From positions 1 through 49,386 of the forward strand of contig JAGAPH010000032.1 of the NCBI GenBank assembly GCA_017623375.1: a DNA stretch of 49,386 bases, written 5' to 3'. The stretch's first letter is position 1, and each line of letters opens with the position of its first letter. Below are positions 36,552 to 47,113 of this stretch, piece by piece. The notes beneath the pieces were generated by a model. That model ran no database searches and was not told the DNA's origin. It saw nothing but the letters and a program-made list of their open reading frames with translations. The DNA is from Clostridia bacterium (GTDB lineage: Bacteria; Bacillota; Clostridia; Oscillospirales; CAG-272). A program made the position numbers and the translations under genes.

Positions 36552-37603
36552 TGACTGATAGAAATTACGAAATATTAAGTGGAGATACGCTTGTTGCAGT
36601 ATGGAACAATAACAAGCTGTCAGTTATTAACGAAGCTTTGCTTCCTTTGTATTTGAAGAAAGTCCAGAACGCAGATCTTTGGCTGGAAACTCGTGCGATT
36701 GACAGTCATAGAGCGAACTCCCGTCTTTTGAAGAAGGCGTTGCGCTTGGTAGAGAAGGATGATATATCTACCGTTATTCACGTCAACGGTGCAACGATTA
36801 CAGATAACTATTGGATCCGCGAGATTGGCTCAAATTTGACCTATAGCGACGTTAAATTCTCGGATGACTATTTCTCTAACCTCGCCTTAAAAGGAAACTA
36901 CGATAGCTTTAATAAGGCTGCAAATAGCAAGCGTTCCAAGACTCCTGAGCTTACCAACGTAGGAAGCTTTGAAAAGTGCTGGAAGCTTCGTGACGGAAAG
37001 TGGTGGATGTATAAAAAGGCTACCCATGATGAAATGTTTTCTGAGTTGTTCGTATACGAGCTTGGAAAAGTACTCGGAATGAATATGGCAGTCTATGAGC
37101 GCGGAGAAGGATGCATAAAGTCGCTTGACTTTACAGAGGCCGCAAGTTTCAATTTTGAGCCTGCTTCTACCTTTATGGGTGATAACGAAGATTATTTTGA
37201 CGTAGTTAAAGCACTCGAAAAGATTTGCCCCAAGGCTATTCCTGATTATATCAGAATGATATTTATGGATACCATCTGCGCGAATCCCGACAGACATACC
37301 AATAACTTCGGACTTTTGCGCGATATCAAAACTGGAGAATTGATTGGATTTGCACCGAACTATGATAACAATATGGCATTGATTTCGCGTGGATATCCTT
37401 CAAAACCCGGCGCAAAGGATATGTTGATATCGTTGTTCAATGAGCTTATAGAAAAGTATCCGAATTATAAATCATATGTTCCCAAAGTTACCGAAGAGAT
37501 AGTACGAGATGTGATTGCAAAACTGAATATGAAGGTGAAATCACAGGTTATTGTTGATTTGGTTGTGGGAAGATATAATCAAATAGTCAAACAAGGCTTA
37601 TAA
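36551..37603 (+). CDS. HipA-like kinase (candidate toxin)
   Basis: GSFEKCW, NPDRHTNNFG and APNYDN kinase motifs. Confidence 0.8.
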   Translation: MTDRNYEILSGDTLVAVWNNNKLSVINEALLPLYLKKVQNADLWLETRAIDSHRANSRLLKKALRLVEKDDISTVIHVNGATITDNYWIREIGSNLTYSDVKFSDDYFSNLALKGNYDSFNKAANSKRSKTPELTNVGSFEKCWKLRDGKWWMYKKATHDEMFSELFVYELGKVLGMNMAVYERGEGCIKSLDFTEAASFNFEPASTFMGDNEDYFDVVKALEKICPKAIPDYIRMIFMDTICANPDRHTNNFGLLRDIKTGELIGFAPNYDNNMALISRGYPSKPGAKDMLISLFNELIEKYPNYKSYVPKVTEEIVRDVIAKLNMKVKSQVIVDLVVGRYNQIVKQGL

Positions 37604-37612
37604 AGAAGCGAA

Positions 37613-37653
37613 GAAAAGCAATTTAGCGAGTTTTAGTCGTTAAATTGCTTTTC
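37613..37653. terminator. Bidirectional terminator between the HipA-like gene and the integrase
   Basis: GAAAAGCAATTTAGCGA/TCGTTAAATTGCTTTTC stem. Confidence 0.75.
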
Positions 37654-37657
37654 GGTT

Positions 37658-38833
37658 TTAATTGCATAGATTTTCAAATGTAGTGGCAGCTTGTCTATCA
37701 ACACTCTCAAGCACGTGTATGTAGATATTTGTAGTATCTATGCTTGAATGTCCGAGACGCGCGGAAACCGTTTTGATATCACAACCGCTAGAGAGCAGAA
37801 TTGTGGCGGATGTGTGGCGTAGGCAATGAAACTTGAGGTGACGAATATTATGGCGGTCAAGGAAATGAGAAAACTGTTTCGTTGGTGTTTGTGGATTCAT
37901 TACGCTGCCGCTGTCATCGGTGAATATATAATCAAGATTTTTCCAAGAATCAAGCGAAAGGGAATATTCTTCTTGCCTTTTCTTATATTCTTTTAACGTT
38001 TCACATAGGCAGTTTGGAATAGCAATCGTGCGAAAGCTTGAATGTGACTTTGGCTCTTTCTCAATAGACTTTTCGCCCTTGGGTTTATAAATGCTTCTCT
38101 TGACGGACAGACATTGTTTATCCAAGTTGATATCTGACCATTTTAGACCAACGATCTCGCCACGACGCATACCGGTGAAAAGAGCAATTTCAATCAGTAA
38201 TCTGATGTTGATCGGTTCCGTTTTAGCGGCAGTGAGGATTGCTTTTGCTTCTTCTATGGTAAACACGTCAACCTCTTGATAACGCTCCTTAGGGAATGTT
38301 AAACGGCGCGATAACCCTACGTCGTCGTCCACATAGTACATCTTGTATGCCATTGTCAGTATAGAACGCAGAACAGTCGTGTAACGTTTTATGGTTTGTG
38401 GAGCGATGTGTCCCGGTTTGCCGTCGCTCCTGGGAAGAGAATTAAGCCGCAAAATAAAATCTTGGACATGATAGGTTTTGATGTCACGTAGGCGCATTCG
38501 TCCGAACATAGGAAGAATGTGCTTATCTATGATACTCTGATAAAAGTCATAAGTGCCAGGCGAGAGGGAAGTCTTTTGAATAGAAAGATATTCTTTTGCA
38601 AAGTCGGAAACGATCTTGTTCTCCGGCTTTTTTCTATTGCGTTCGCATTGTAATTCGTCTGTGAAATCTTCGATAAATTCATTAAGCTCTTTCTGGAATC
38701 TATCTTGACTTAAATCGGGTTTTGACGGTTTGAAGATGCGACCGCGTAAAATTTGCTTGCCTGTCATAATATCTCGTCCGCAAGATATTCGTACAAGATA
38801 TGTGCCGTTTGGCTTTTGAGTGATATTTGCCAT
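37658..38833 (-). CDS. Tyrosine recombinase/integrase (ICE/phage type)
   Basis: TGMRRGEI, HCLRH, LGHS and TNIY catalytic motifs, with an N-terminal arm-binding-like domain. Confidence 0.95.
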   Translation of the reverse strand: MANITQKPNGTYLVRISCGRDIMTGKQILRGRIFKPSKPDLSQDRFQKELNEFIEDFTDELQCERNRKKPENKIVSDFAKEYLSIQKTSLSPGTYDFYQSIIDKHILPMFGRMRLRDIKTYHVQDFILRLNSLPRSDGKPGHIAPQTIKRYTTVLRSILTMAYKMYYVDDDVGLSRRLTFPKERYQEVDVFTIEEAKAILTAAKTEPINIRLLIEIALFTGMRRGEIVGLKWSDINLDKQCLSVKRSIYKPKGEKSIEKEPKSHSSFRTIAIPNCLCETLKEYKKRQEEYSLSLDSWKNLDYIFTDDSGSVMNPQTPTKQFSHFLDRHNIRHLKFHCLRHTSATILLSSGCDIKTVSARLGHSSIDTTNIYIHVLESVDRQAATTFENLCN

Positions 38834-38995
38834 GTTTTTCTCCTTAAAATTTATTGCCCGAAGGCTTAATAAATTTTATCATGCGCAGAGCTTATTGACG
38901 TAAAAAGACTTCTGCCAACCCAAAAAAGAGGTCGTCAAGATGGCGGGAAAACGTGAAATTAATTTCAACTTCGCGAATAATATTTGAGAATATTG

Positions 38996-39024
38996 TTGAT
39001 TTATGGTGAAAACAGTGGTATAAT
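38996..39024 (+). promoter_or_regulatory. Sigma-A promoter at the head of the defence run
   Basis: TTGATT-17 bp-TATAAT with TG extension. Confidence 0.6.
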
Positions 39025-39062
39025 TAAATAAATACAATACTTTAATTATTTGAGGTGTAAAA

Positions 39063-39275
39063 ATGGCTGCAAGCTATAAGAAACTATTCAAATTGATGAT
39101 TGACCGCGAGATCAAAAGCAAAGACCTCTCTGCTCAAGCAGGAATTAGTCCCACAACACTTGCGAAGATGAAAAAAGACGGGGCGACCGTTTCAAGCGAT
39201 GTGTTGGTAAAGATCTGTACAGCGCTTGAGTGTACGGTCGATGAGATCATGGAAATCGTTCCTGACAATAAATAA
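39063..39275 (+). CDS. XRE/Cro-C1 HTH regulator (paralogue of 36324)
   Basis: MAASYKKLFKLMIDREIKSKDL...KICTALEC..DEIME. Confidence 0.9.
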   Translation: MAASYKKLFKLMIDREIKSKDLSAQAGISPTTLAKMKKDGATVSSDVLVKICTALECTVDEIMEIVPDNK

Positions 39276-39287
39276 TAGGAGTTTTAT

Positions 39288-41418
39288 ATGAGCCGTTGTT
39301 TATATAATAGCAGTTTCACAGAGTTTCTTAAATCAAGTGACAATTCAATATTTGGCATATTGTGTGATAGATACCATGGGGAAGCTCTGACAACTACAAG
39401 AGAGGCCTGGAAATCGGAAATCTCGATTATGAAAGATATCATTTCTCGATTTGCAAGCAAAGATGGAAAGATTATTTTTGAATATGATATACCTCGTCTT
39501 GGTAAGAGAATTGACGTTGTGTTGCTTCTTGAGGGAATTGTCTTTTGTCTTGAGTTTAAGGTGGGCGAGTCCAGGATAATAGAAGCAGATGTAGACCAAG
39601 TTCTTGACTATGCGCTCGACTTGAAAAACTTTCATAAATTTAGTCAGGACAATCTTATAGTGCCGATCCTTGTTGCAACAAATTATCGTAACGCATCTAC
39701 TGAAATCCAAATGTCTGTATATGATGATAGAGTGGTCAATCCATTGATGTCGGGAAAGCAAGGCGTTGCTAATTTAATTGCCAAGGTATTGAAAGAGTTT
39801 CCAAATGAGCCGTCTATAAATCCTAATTGGATTAATTAGCCCATACGCTCCGACACCGACAATAATAGAGGCAGCCAAAACATTATACGAGAATCATTCT
39901 GTTGAAAACATTACTCGTCACGAAGCGGATAAGGTTTCTACTGATAGAACCATCTCGTATATTTTGGATGTTATCAAACATAGCAAAGAAAAGCAGAAAA
40001 AGAGTATTTGCTTTGTTACGGGTGTTCCTGGCGCGGGAAAGACACTCGTCGGTCTTGATGTTGCAATTAAGCAAACATATCAGGGCAATAAAGAGCCTGT
40101 CAAGGACGAGGGCGCCGTTTACCTTTCCGGTAATGGTCCGTTGGTTGCAGTGTTGACTGAGGCACTTGCGCAGGATAATTACAGCAAGTGTAGAGCGAAT
40201 GGTGAAAAGAAGAAAATGACCGACTCTCGCCGTGAGGTGTCAAAGTCTATTCAGATGATTCACCGATACCGCGATAATATGCTGGCTAAAATAAAGAACC
40301 CCGTTGAAAACGGTGTTCTTGAAATCGATCCCGAAAAGGCTGTAAAATTGGATAAAGCCGGATTTGGTGAGGTTGAGCATGTAGCGATTTTTGATGAAGC
40401 TCAGCGTTCTTGGACGCACAAGCGACTTGCTGATTATTTGAAGCGCGGCGGAACGTATGGTAATAAACTGAAAGTTCCAAACTTCCCATTGTCAGAAGCA
40501 GCATTTTTGATTTGGTCTCTTGATCACAGAGAGGACTGGGCAACGATAGTTTGCCTTGTCGGTGGTGGTCAGGAGATTAACACCGGAGAAGCCGGTATAT
40601 CCGAATGGATTAAGGCACTGAACGAACAGTTCCCGCATTGGAATGTCTACATTTCTCCCAAGTTGACTGAACCTGAGTATGCTGAAGGACGAGTTAATGA
40701 GTTGCTCCAAAACAATCCTAATGTTACCTACAATGATAGTTTGCATTTGGGAGTTTCGTTGCGTTCTTACAGGGCAGAGAAGCTCTCGGCATTTGTTCAT
40801 TCGCTTTTGTCTTTCGATGACAATGCAGCGACGCTGTATAACGAGATCAAAGATAAGTATCCGATCGTTTTGACGCGAGATATGGCAAAAGCAAGAAAGT
40901 GGTTACACGATAAGGTTCGTGGAACAGAACGCACTGGTGTTCTGGTGACGAAAGAATCTGCAAGATTTAAACCTTTGGCAATACATATATTACCGGCTGG
41001 AGATGAAAATGCTGTTCACTGGTTCCTTGACGATAAAGATGATGTAAGATCATCAAATTATCTCGAGGATGCAGCAACAGAAATTCAGGTACAAGGCTTG
41101 GAGCTTGACTATACGTGTCTCCTTTGGGATGCCGATATGCGATATGAAGACGGCAAGTGGCGCTTCTACCGTTTCAATGGTCAGACTAAATGGGTTGAAC
41201 AAATAGGGAATACCGAGAGCAAGCAAGAACTCATGAAGTATATGCTGAACGCGTATCGAGTTTTGCTCACCCGCGCCAGAGCCGGAATGGTGATTTGCGT
41301 GCCTGAGGGTAACGCCAATAAAACAGTCAGCGGCTTCTGGGAGGATAGTACACGCTTGCCCGAATTTTATGATGGTACATATCAATACTTGAAGAGCTTA
41401 GGAATTGAAGAAATATGA
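39288..41418 (+). pseudogene. DUF2075 (Schlafen group 3-like) nuclease-helicase split by a +1 frameshift near 39834
   Basis: The 5' ORF has RIDVVL...LEFK (PD-(D/E)XK-like). The shifted frame continues openly (ISPYAPTPTIIEAA) into GVPGAGKT, FDEAQR, QGLELD and YRVLLTRAR. Confidence 0.8.
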
Positions 41419-41804
41419 AAATAACAGAAGTTGTAGCCGCTCTCATTTGGCAGGGGAATAAATTTATGATATGTCAACGTCCGGAATATAAGGCGAGAGG
41501 TCTCCTTTGGGAGTTCGTTGGTGGTAAGGTTGAGTCAGGCGAAACGAAAGAGCAAGCGCTCATCAGAGAGTGCAAGGAAGAATTGAATGTTCTTCTCTCG
41601 GTCGGTGATGTGTTCATGGATGTTGTCCACGAGTATCCCGATTTGACGGTGCATCTTACTTTGTTTAATGTCACTATCGCTGAGGGCGAACCGCAGAAAC
41701 TGGAGCATAACGATATTCAATGGATAACACCGAGTGAAATCCCGAACTATGAATTCTGCCCGGCAGATGAAGAAATATTAAAAGAAATCACAAAACGATT
41801 CTAA
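41415..41804 (+). CDS. NUDIX hydrolase (MutT/NudG-like)
   Basis: WEFVGGKVESGETKEQALIRECKEELN Nudix box; ATGA overlap with the upstream gene. Confidence 0.93.
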   Translation: MKITEVVAALIWQGNKFMICQRPEYKARGLLWEFVGGKVESGETKEQALIRECKEELNVLLSVGDVFMDVVHEYPDLTVHLTLFNVTIAEGEPQKLEHNDIQWITPSEIPNYEFCPADEEILKEITKRF

Positions 41805-41822
41805 AACAAAAAAGGAGAATTT

Positions 41823-44800
41823 ATGTACACAGCTATAAAGGACTATTGTTCTAACGGAATTGAAAATGGGCTTTTGTTGCTTGATATGCCTACGGGTTTT
41901 GGAAAAACCTATAATGTGTTGAAATACATATACGAGGCATCTATGGAAGAAGCAAATGCTGAGCGCAAATTCTTCTTTGTAACAACCTTGAAAAAGAATC
42001 TTCCAAAAGAAGATTTGGAGAAGCAGTTCAAAGCAGATGGTCGTTTAGCCGAGTTTAAAGAAAAATTTTTGTTTATTGATTCTAATTGGGAATGTGTTGT
42101 TCAAAATTTGTCCTTAGATTTGGAAAACAAAATTCCTCATGAACTTAGAAAAACTGATGAATTTAGAGCTATGAAGAACGACGTTCGATTTTTGAGAGAA
42201 TCTCAAAAGAATGCCGATAAAAAAGGGCTACGACCTTATGCTGAAAGCATCAGAGAAAATCTTAGGGGAAAGACAGAACCTGCATTTAGGCGATATGTGC
42301 AGGCGATTTTGGCACGCGAATTCAAAACTGTAAAAGATCGAATTTACGCGATAAAGACGGACGAAAAATGGCAGTGGTTGGGTGAGTTGTATCCGGCTGT
42401 ATTTACGAGCGACAAGCAAATTATATTCATGAGCATGGATAAATTTCTTGCGAGAAATGCCACGATCGTAGAACCGTCGTATATGTTTTATAACTCGAAA
42501 ATAATTGATAACGCAGTTATATTTATCGATGAGTTCGATGCCACAAAAGAAACGATATTGAAAAATATTATTTCCAACGGACTGAGAGAGAAAATCGATT
42601 ACATAGAGCTGTTTAACGACATCTATTCTGTATTGCACACTATCGAGTTTCCGAAAGCAATGACCGCACCGTCTAAAAAATGGACAGAGCGTCAGGCTAC
42701 AAACAATTATAAACACTCAAACCTTCAGTTTATCGTTGACAACATACGAGAAAAAGCTGATGCTATTCATAGTCAGTATTCGTTGCAATTCAGTCATAAG
42801 ACGGTAAGCAACGAAGATGCTGAATCGCGAAATTTTTTGTTTCAAGACCATCAGTTCCATGCAATTTTGGACGGAAACAAGTCCTACATTACAACTGTCA
42901 GCGACTCGGCCGAGAGAATAAATGCGATACAGTTTTCTTCCGAGAAACCAAGTAGCGAGGATGGAAATATCCAAGTGATGCTCGGCAAACTGAGAGGATT
43001 TATTAAATATTTTTCAGGCGGCATAAATATGCTTGCATATAACTATATGCAGTGCAGAGAAGAACGAAGAAAACCAGGAGAAGATGAGTTTTCGTTGGAA
43101 TCCGCAATTCGTTCAATTTTGGCTGAATTCCGTTTGAGTGACAAGCATATTGACTATATAACTTCACAAATTCTTATTTCTTCGCACAAGCCGAAGGGCG
43201 ATATAGAAAATGCGGATTTTGATTTGTCGTTTTATGAAAACGGATTCCGTTATTATGCGTTTGAAGATGATTATGCACATGATATGCAATCAAAAATCAT
43301 GATGTATTCTTTTCAAGTGACGCCTGAAAAAATCCTTTTGAGATTTTGTGAAAAGGCTAAGGTAATAGGAATATCTGCTACAGCATCTGTTCCAACTGTT
43401 GTCGGAAACTTCGATCATAAGTATCTGAAAGCAAAGATGCAGACCAAGTATAATGTCGTAAGGGAATCCGATAGAGGCAGACTTAGAACTGAATTTGAAA
43501 AATCGATCTCCGGATATAAAGATGTTGAGGTTGATGTTCAACTTTTGGGAGAAGTCTATCACGAAAAAATATGGGAAGGCGTTTTCAACGACACTGAGCT
43601 TGCACAACATATTTTTGATAAAGTAGAGAGAGCACTGAGCCAAGAAAAGAATAGTTACAACAAAGAAAGATATTTTAGAATTGCTATGGCGTATAAGCAA
43701 TTTGTGTGCCATGACGACATTCAGTCTTTTCTGTGTGTGTTAACCAAGCACCCTCGTCCGGGTGATATGTATCTGGATATGGATATGCTGTATGAAATAT
43801 TCAAGTTTATCCATAAAGAGAGAGGACAGAAGTTTGACAAAAATACCGTTTGCTTGTTAGATGGCGAAGAATTTGACATAAATAAAGAGCAAATCATTGA
43901 TAGGTTGCAACAGGGTGAAAAGCTGTTTGTAATTTCTGTGTATCAGACCATAGGAGCAGGACAAAATCTGCAGTATGGTATCCCTCAAAATTTAATAGGT
44001 CATTTGGTAAGTAGCAATGATCGAGAATCGAGATGCGAAAAAGATTTTGATGCGATCTATTTGGACAAGCCTACGAATATCTTTGTGAATTTAAATGAAA
44101 ATCTTTCAGATGAGGATTTCGTAAAGTACCTTTATTATGTGGAATTTTTGCAAGAGTGGGCTGAGCTTTCGGCACAAGAAACAAAAAAACATGTAAAAAA
44201 GGCATTTAAGACTTTTTTGACAGGACAATTTTATCGGGATGACTCAAAATCGGTTTACGATACTAAAAGTGTGGTTTTAATGTCTACTCGTACTATAATT
44301 CAGGCAATTGGTCGTATTTGTAGAACAAATCAAAAGAGAAAAACAGTGTATGTTTTTGCGGACTATCGTATTTCCGAAAGCATTGATTTTGACATCGATG
44401 ATGGAAACAGACTTTTGAATCCCGAGTTTAGAGCTTTGCTTACTCATATTGAAGAACATAGAAAAGCTTACGCAGGTGGGGATTTTGCTGATGAGGCATC
44501 GTTATTGTCTGTTCGCGTAAACAAGATGATCAATAACATTTTGCGCGAAGATTGGACGGAGTCTCGTATGGTGCAGTGGAAGATGCTCAGGGAGTATACG
44601 TTGCAGCATCCAACACTGTCCTCGTTGGAAGAAAGCCGCAGCTTTATGGCACACAATACGTATGTAAGATTACCAAAACCAATGAACACAATTTATTATA
44701 ATCAGGAGTCGGATTATAATAAAGTTCTTGTTAGTTTCGGAAAAACAAAAGAGTACCCATACGAGGTTTCATCGTCTGCAGCCAAGCTGGATCTTTTGAT

Positions 44801-45299
44801 GAAAAATCAAAGCCTTCGAAATTTCTTCGAGCGCAAGGGCTGGGCAACGACATTCGATTATAATGATTTTATTCTTTCTCCGCCGTTGTTTAACAACATT
44901 TACAAGGGTGCTTTGGGAGAGATGACCGGAAGATTTTTGCTTTGGAGGCATTTAGGACTGAATTTGACAGAAATCGAAGATCCCGAAGTGTTTGAATTGT
45001 TCGACTATAAGATTGAAAATACTGGTATTTTCATTGACTTTAAGAATTGGCATGAGAGAACGCTATTTGGTAATGAGGAAATGTTCAAGAAAATCAAGTC
45101 GAAAGCTGATACTTGTAATGCAAAATGCATTATTGTAATTAATGTAGTGTCTGAGCAATTTGTCGAACCGATTAGGTCGAGTTATGGAGATATAACAGTT
45201 GTACAAATTCCTTCGTTGATAGATTCAAACAATCCTAACCAACCCATTCATAAAGCATTTGATATGATAAAGAGGTGTATAAATGAATTCTCCGATTAG
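41823..45299 (+). CDS. ddmD: SF2 helicase fused to a C-terminal PD-(D/E)XK nuclease, DdmD-like
   Basis: 1158 aa. Helicase motifs MPTGFGKT, FIDEFD, SATA and QAIGRICR; nuclease region KGALGE...ELFDY...FIDFKNW. Confidence 0.8.
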   Translation: MYTAIKDYCSNGIENGLLLLDMPTGFGKTYNVLKYIYEASMEEANAERKFFFVTTLKKNLPKEDLEKQFKADGRLAEFKEKFLFIDSNWECVVQNLSLDLENKIPHELRKTDEFRAMKNDVRFLRESQKNADKKGLRPYAESIRENLRGKTEPAFRRYVQAILAREFKTVKDRIYAIKTDEKWQWLGELYPAVFTSDKQIIFMSMDKFLARNATIVEPSYMFYNSKIIDNAVIFIDEFDATKETILKNIISNGLREKIDYIELFNDIYSVLHTIEFPKAMTAPSKKWTERQATNNYKHSNLQFIVDNIREKADAIHSQYSLQFSHKTVSNEDAESRNFLFQDHQFHAILDGNKSYITTVSDSAERINAIQFSSEKPSSEDGNIQVMLGKLRGFIKYFSGGINMLAYNYMQCREERRKPGEDEFSLESAIRSILAEFRLSDKHIDYITSQILISSHKPKGDIENADFDLSFYENGFRYYAFEDDYAHDMQSKIMMYSFQVTPEKILLRFCEKAKVIGISATASVPTVVGNFDHKYLKAKMQTKYNVVRESDRGRLRTEFEKSISGYKDVEVDVQLLGEVYHEKIWEGVFNDTELAQHIFDKVERALSQEKNSYNKERYFRIAMAYKQFVCHDDIQSFLCVLTKHPRPGDMYLDMDMLYEIFKFIHKERGQKFDKNTVCLLDGEEFDINKEQIIDRLQQGEKLFVISVYQTIGAGQNLQYGIPQNLIGHLVSSNDRESRCEKDFDAIYLDKPTNIFVNLNENLSDEDFVKYLYYVEFLQEWAELSAQETKKHVKKAFKTFLTGQFYRDDSKSVYDTKSVVLMSTRTIIQAIGRICRTNQKRKTVYVFADYRISESIDFDIDDGNRLLNPEFRALLTHIEEHRKAYAGGDFADEASLLSVRVNKMINNILREDWTESRMVQWKMLREYTLQHPTLSSLEESRSFMAHNTYVRLPKPMNTIYYNQESDYNKVLVSFGKTKEYPYEVSSSAAKLDLLMKNQSLRNFFERKGWATTFDYNDFILSPPLFNNIYKGALGEMTGRFLLWRHLGLNLTEIEDPEVFELFDYKIENTGIFIDFKNWHERTLFGNEEMFKKIKSKADTCNAKCIIVINVVSEQFVEPIRSSYGDITVVQIPSLIDSNNPNQPIHKAFDMIKRCINEFSD

Positions 45300-47088
45300 A
45301 ACAAATCAAGTCATTTTTAAAGTAAATATATCGGCTTTCAATGATAAGTATGATGTCTTTCGTGTAAAAACTGACGATAAGTATTTCAAGCATGGAGCAT
45401 ATATAATCGATGCACCTTTTTTGAATAATTCGGTTCGCTCGGTCTTGTTTGAAAGGGGAAACACTTTCCTTGTTCTGATGGATCGTAACGATGGCAATTT
45501 TGATGCATTGAAGCGAACCTTTGATTCACACGAGGAAGGTGATAAAATTACGTTCTCAAAAGAGGACGTATCCTTGCTTAAAGAAAGTGAAATTCTTCAG
45601 CTTTTGTTGAATAGTATGAGCAGCCAAAAATCCGAGTTTTTGAAATGTAACAATCTTACAGGCCACTTTTATTGTTTCCATAACGAGTGGTTGCGTCATG
45701 ATAAAAAATCCGAGAAAAATATCATTTGGCAAGTTCCGTGTTTGGAATTGCGTATTACTCAAGACATGAAGCTTTGTATGTCTATGCATACCTTTACATC
45801 TGAGCTACTCAGAAAGAAAATAACGTTTGGTGCCAGAAAGTTCGAGGAGTATCCCAAGTATGTATTTTCTCGAAAGAGTACGTTAAGAAGAAAGCTGAAA
45901 GAAGATGATGAGCCCGCCTTTATCATGCGTCAGCTTGACGGTAAGAAAATAGATATTCCGTTTATTGATCTTCAGGACATAAGAAAATATCGTAAAAGTA
46001 AAGTAGGTATGCTTGCTACTGTCATATCTAATTTTAATATGGAATTCGCAGGACTTGCATCCATTGAATTTGACACAATCAAAGAATATACCGCACTTGA
46101 TTATTCGAGAAGAGCTCAAAAGGAAAATCTGAAAGCAATCCAAGAGATGCTTTCCGTGCAAAGCATTAAAATAGTTGATCAGATAGGTGACGAGTACTCA
46201 GATAGATTTTGTCATGAGGTAGCCGAAAAGCTTCTTGAAAAATATAGCGTAAAAGCCACAGTTGGAAAACGTGTGTCCAAGGGGGCTTTGAATATATGCG
46301 TTATTCACAATGCGGCATATTATGAGGATATAGAAGATCCCTACAAGGAAAAGCATGAAGGTGTAGCTGTTCAGCACATAACATTTGAGGATTTTTCCGG
46401 AAAGAGCGAGTTTGCAATCTCTACAATCGTTCATGAACTACTTATCAAAAAAGATATTTTAAGCGGTCAAATAACATTGTTCGATTGGAATGCACTTGGC
46501 TATCAAGAGGAATTTTGCTTTGGATGCGCAAAGTGTGATAATGGTGTAAATAGGTATTTCTTTATGAATATCAAGCCTGATGGAAGCTTTACTTTTACAG
46601 AATCCAAGTTGGACTTTTTCAATATGGATCAGTACCATGAGTGTGTGGAGATTTTTGAGAACGCTAAGGCAAAATCTGAAGATATCCAAGGCGTTTTGAA
46701 AAATTCCAACGGCAAAATTAATATCATAAAGGGAACTGACTGGATAACTCTTCCGGAACTGTTTGCAATAGATGCAGAGCTCTTGGAAGGAAACAATAAA
46801 CTGCGCGGTAGAAGCAAACGTGATGAACTTTTGACTTCGTGCTTGGATATCAAGTGCTTTGAGCAGAGTGGAGATACATACTACTTCGTAGGTGAAATAG
46901 GAGAGGGAATGCGTAATAGCATTAGTCATTCAACCAATATTCGACGGATTGTCAAATATAAGGATGCTCCCGACTTTTTTGAACAATTGTTACCACTTAT
47001 GAGCGTTTCGTTTGTTAAGAATGGGCAACTAACGGTTATTCCATTCCCATACAAGTATTTAAGAGAATATATTAAGACGGTGAAATAA
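45283..47088 (+). CDS. ddmE: Divergent prokaryotic Argonaute-like protein, DdmE-like
   Basis: 601 aa, overlaps ddmD by 17 bp. MID-like DPY...VQHIT...ELLIK and PIWI-like C-terminus TVIPFPYKYLREY; the call leans on gene context. Confidence 0.72.
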   Translation: MNSPIRTNQVIFKVNISAFNDKYDVFRVKTDDKYFKHGAYIIDAPFLNNSVRSVLFERGNTFLVLMDRNDGNFDALKRTFDSHEEGDKITFSKEDVSLLKESEILQLLLNSMSSQKSEFLKCNNLTGHFYCFHNEWLRHDKKSEKNIIWQVPCLELRITQDMKLCMSMHTFTSELLRKKITFGARKFEEYPKYVFSRKSTLRRKLKEDDEPAFIMRQLDGKKIDIPFIDLQDIRKYRKSKVGMLATVISNFNMEFAGLASIEFDTIKEYTALDYSRRAQKENLKAIQEMLSVQSIKIVDQIGDEYSDRFCHEVAEKLLEKYSVKATVGKRVSKGALNICVIHNAAYYEDIEDPYKEKHEGVAVQHITFEDFSGKSEFAISTIVHELLIKKDILSGQITLFDWNALGYQEEFCFGCAKCDNGVNRYFFMNIKPDGSFTFTESKLDFFNMDQYHECVEIFENAKAKSEDIQGVLKNSNGKINIIKGTDWITLPELFAIDAELLEGNNKLRGRSKRDELLTSCLDIKCFEQSGDTYYFVGEIGEGMRNSISHSTNIRRIVKYKDAPDFFEQLLPLMSVSFVKNGQLTVIPFPYKYLREYIKTVK

Positions 47089-47113
47089 AATTACAAGAAA
47101 TGGGGTGAGGCAT

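Noticed and set aside
39964-41418. Independent 484-aa gene starting at TTG 39964
   Set aside because: The frame is open upstream to ~39835 with protein-like sequence and no clear RBS, so it is better read as the 3' part of one frameshifted gene.
41823-47088. Type I/III restriction-modification or pPIWI-RE system
   Set aside because: No methyltransferase or specificity subunit is present. The nuclease is fused to the helicase C-terminus rather than encoded separately as in pPIWI-RE operons, which fits DdmDE better.
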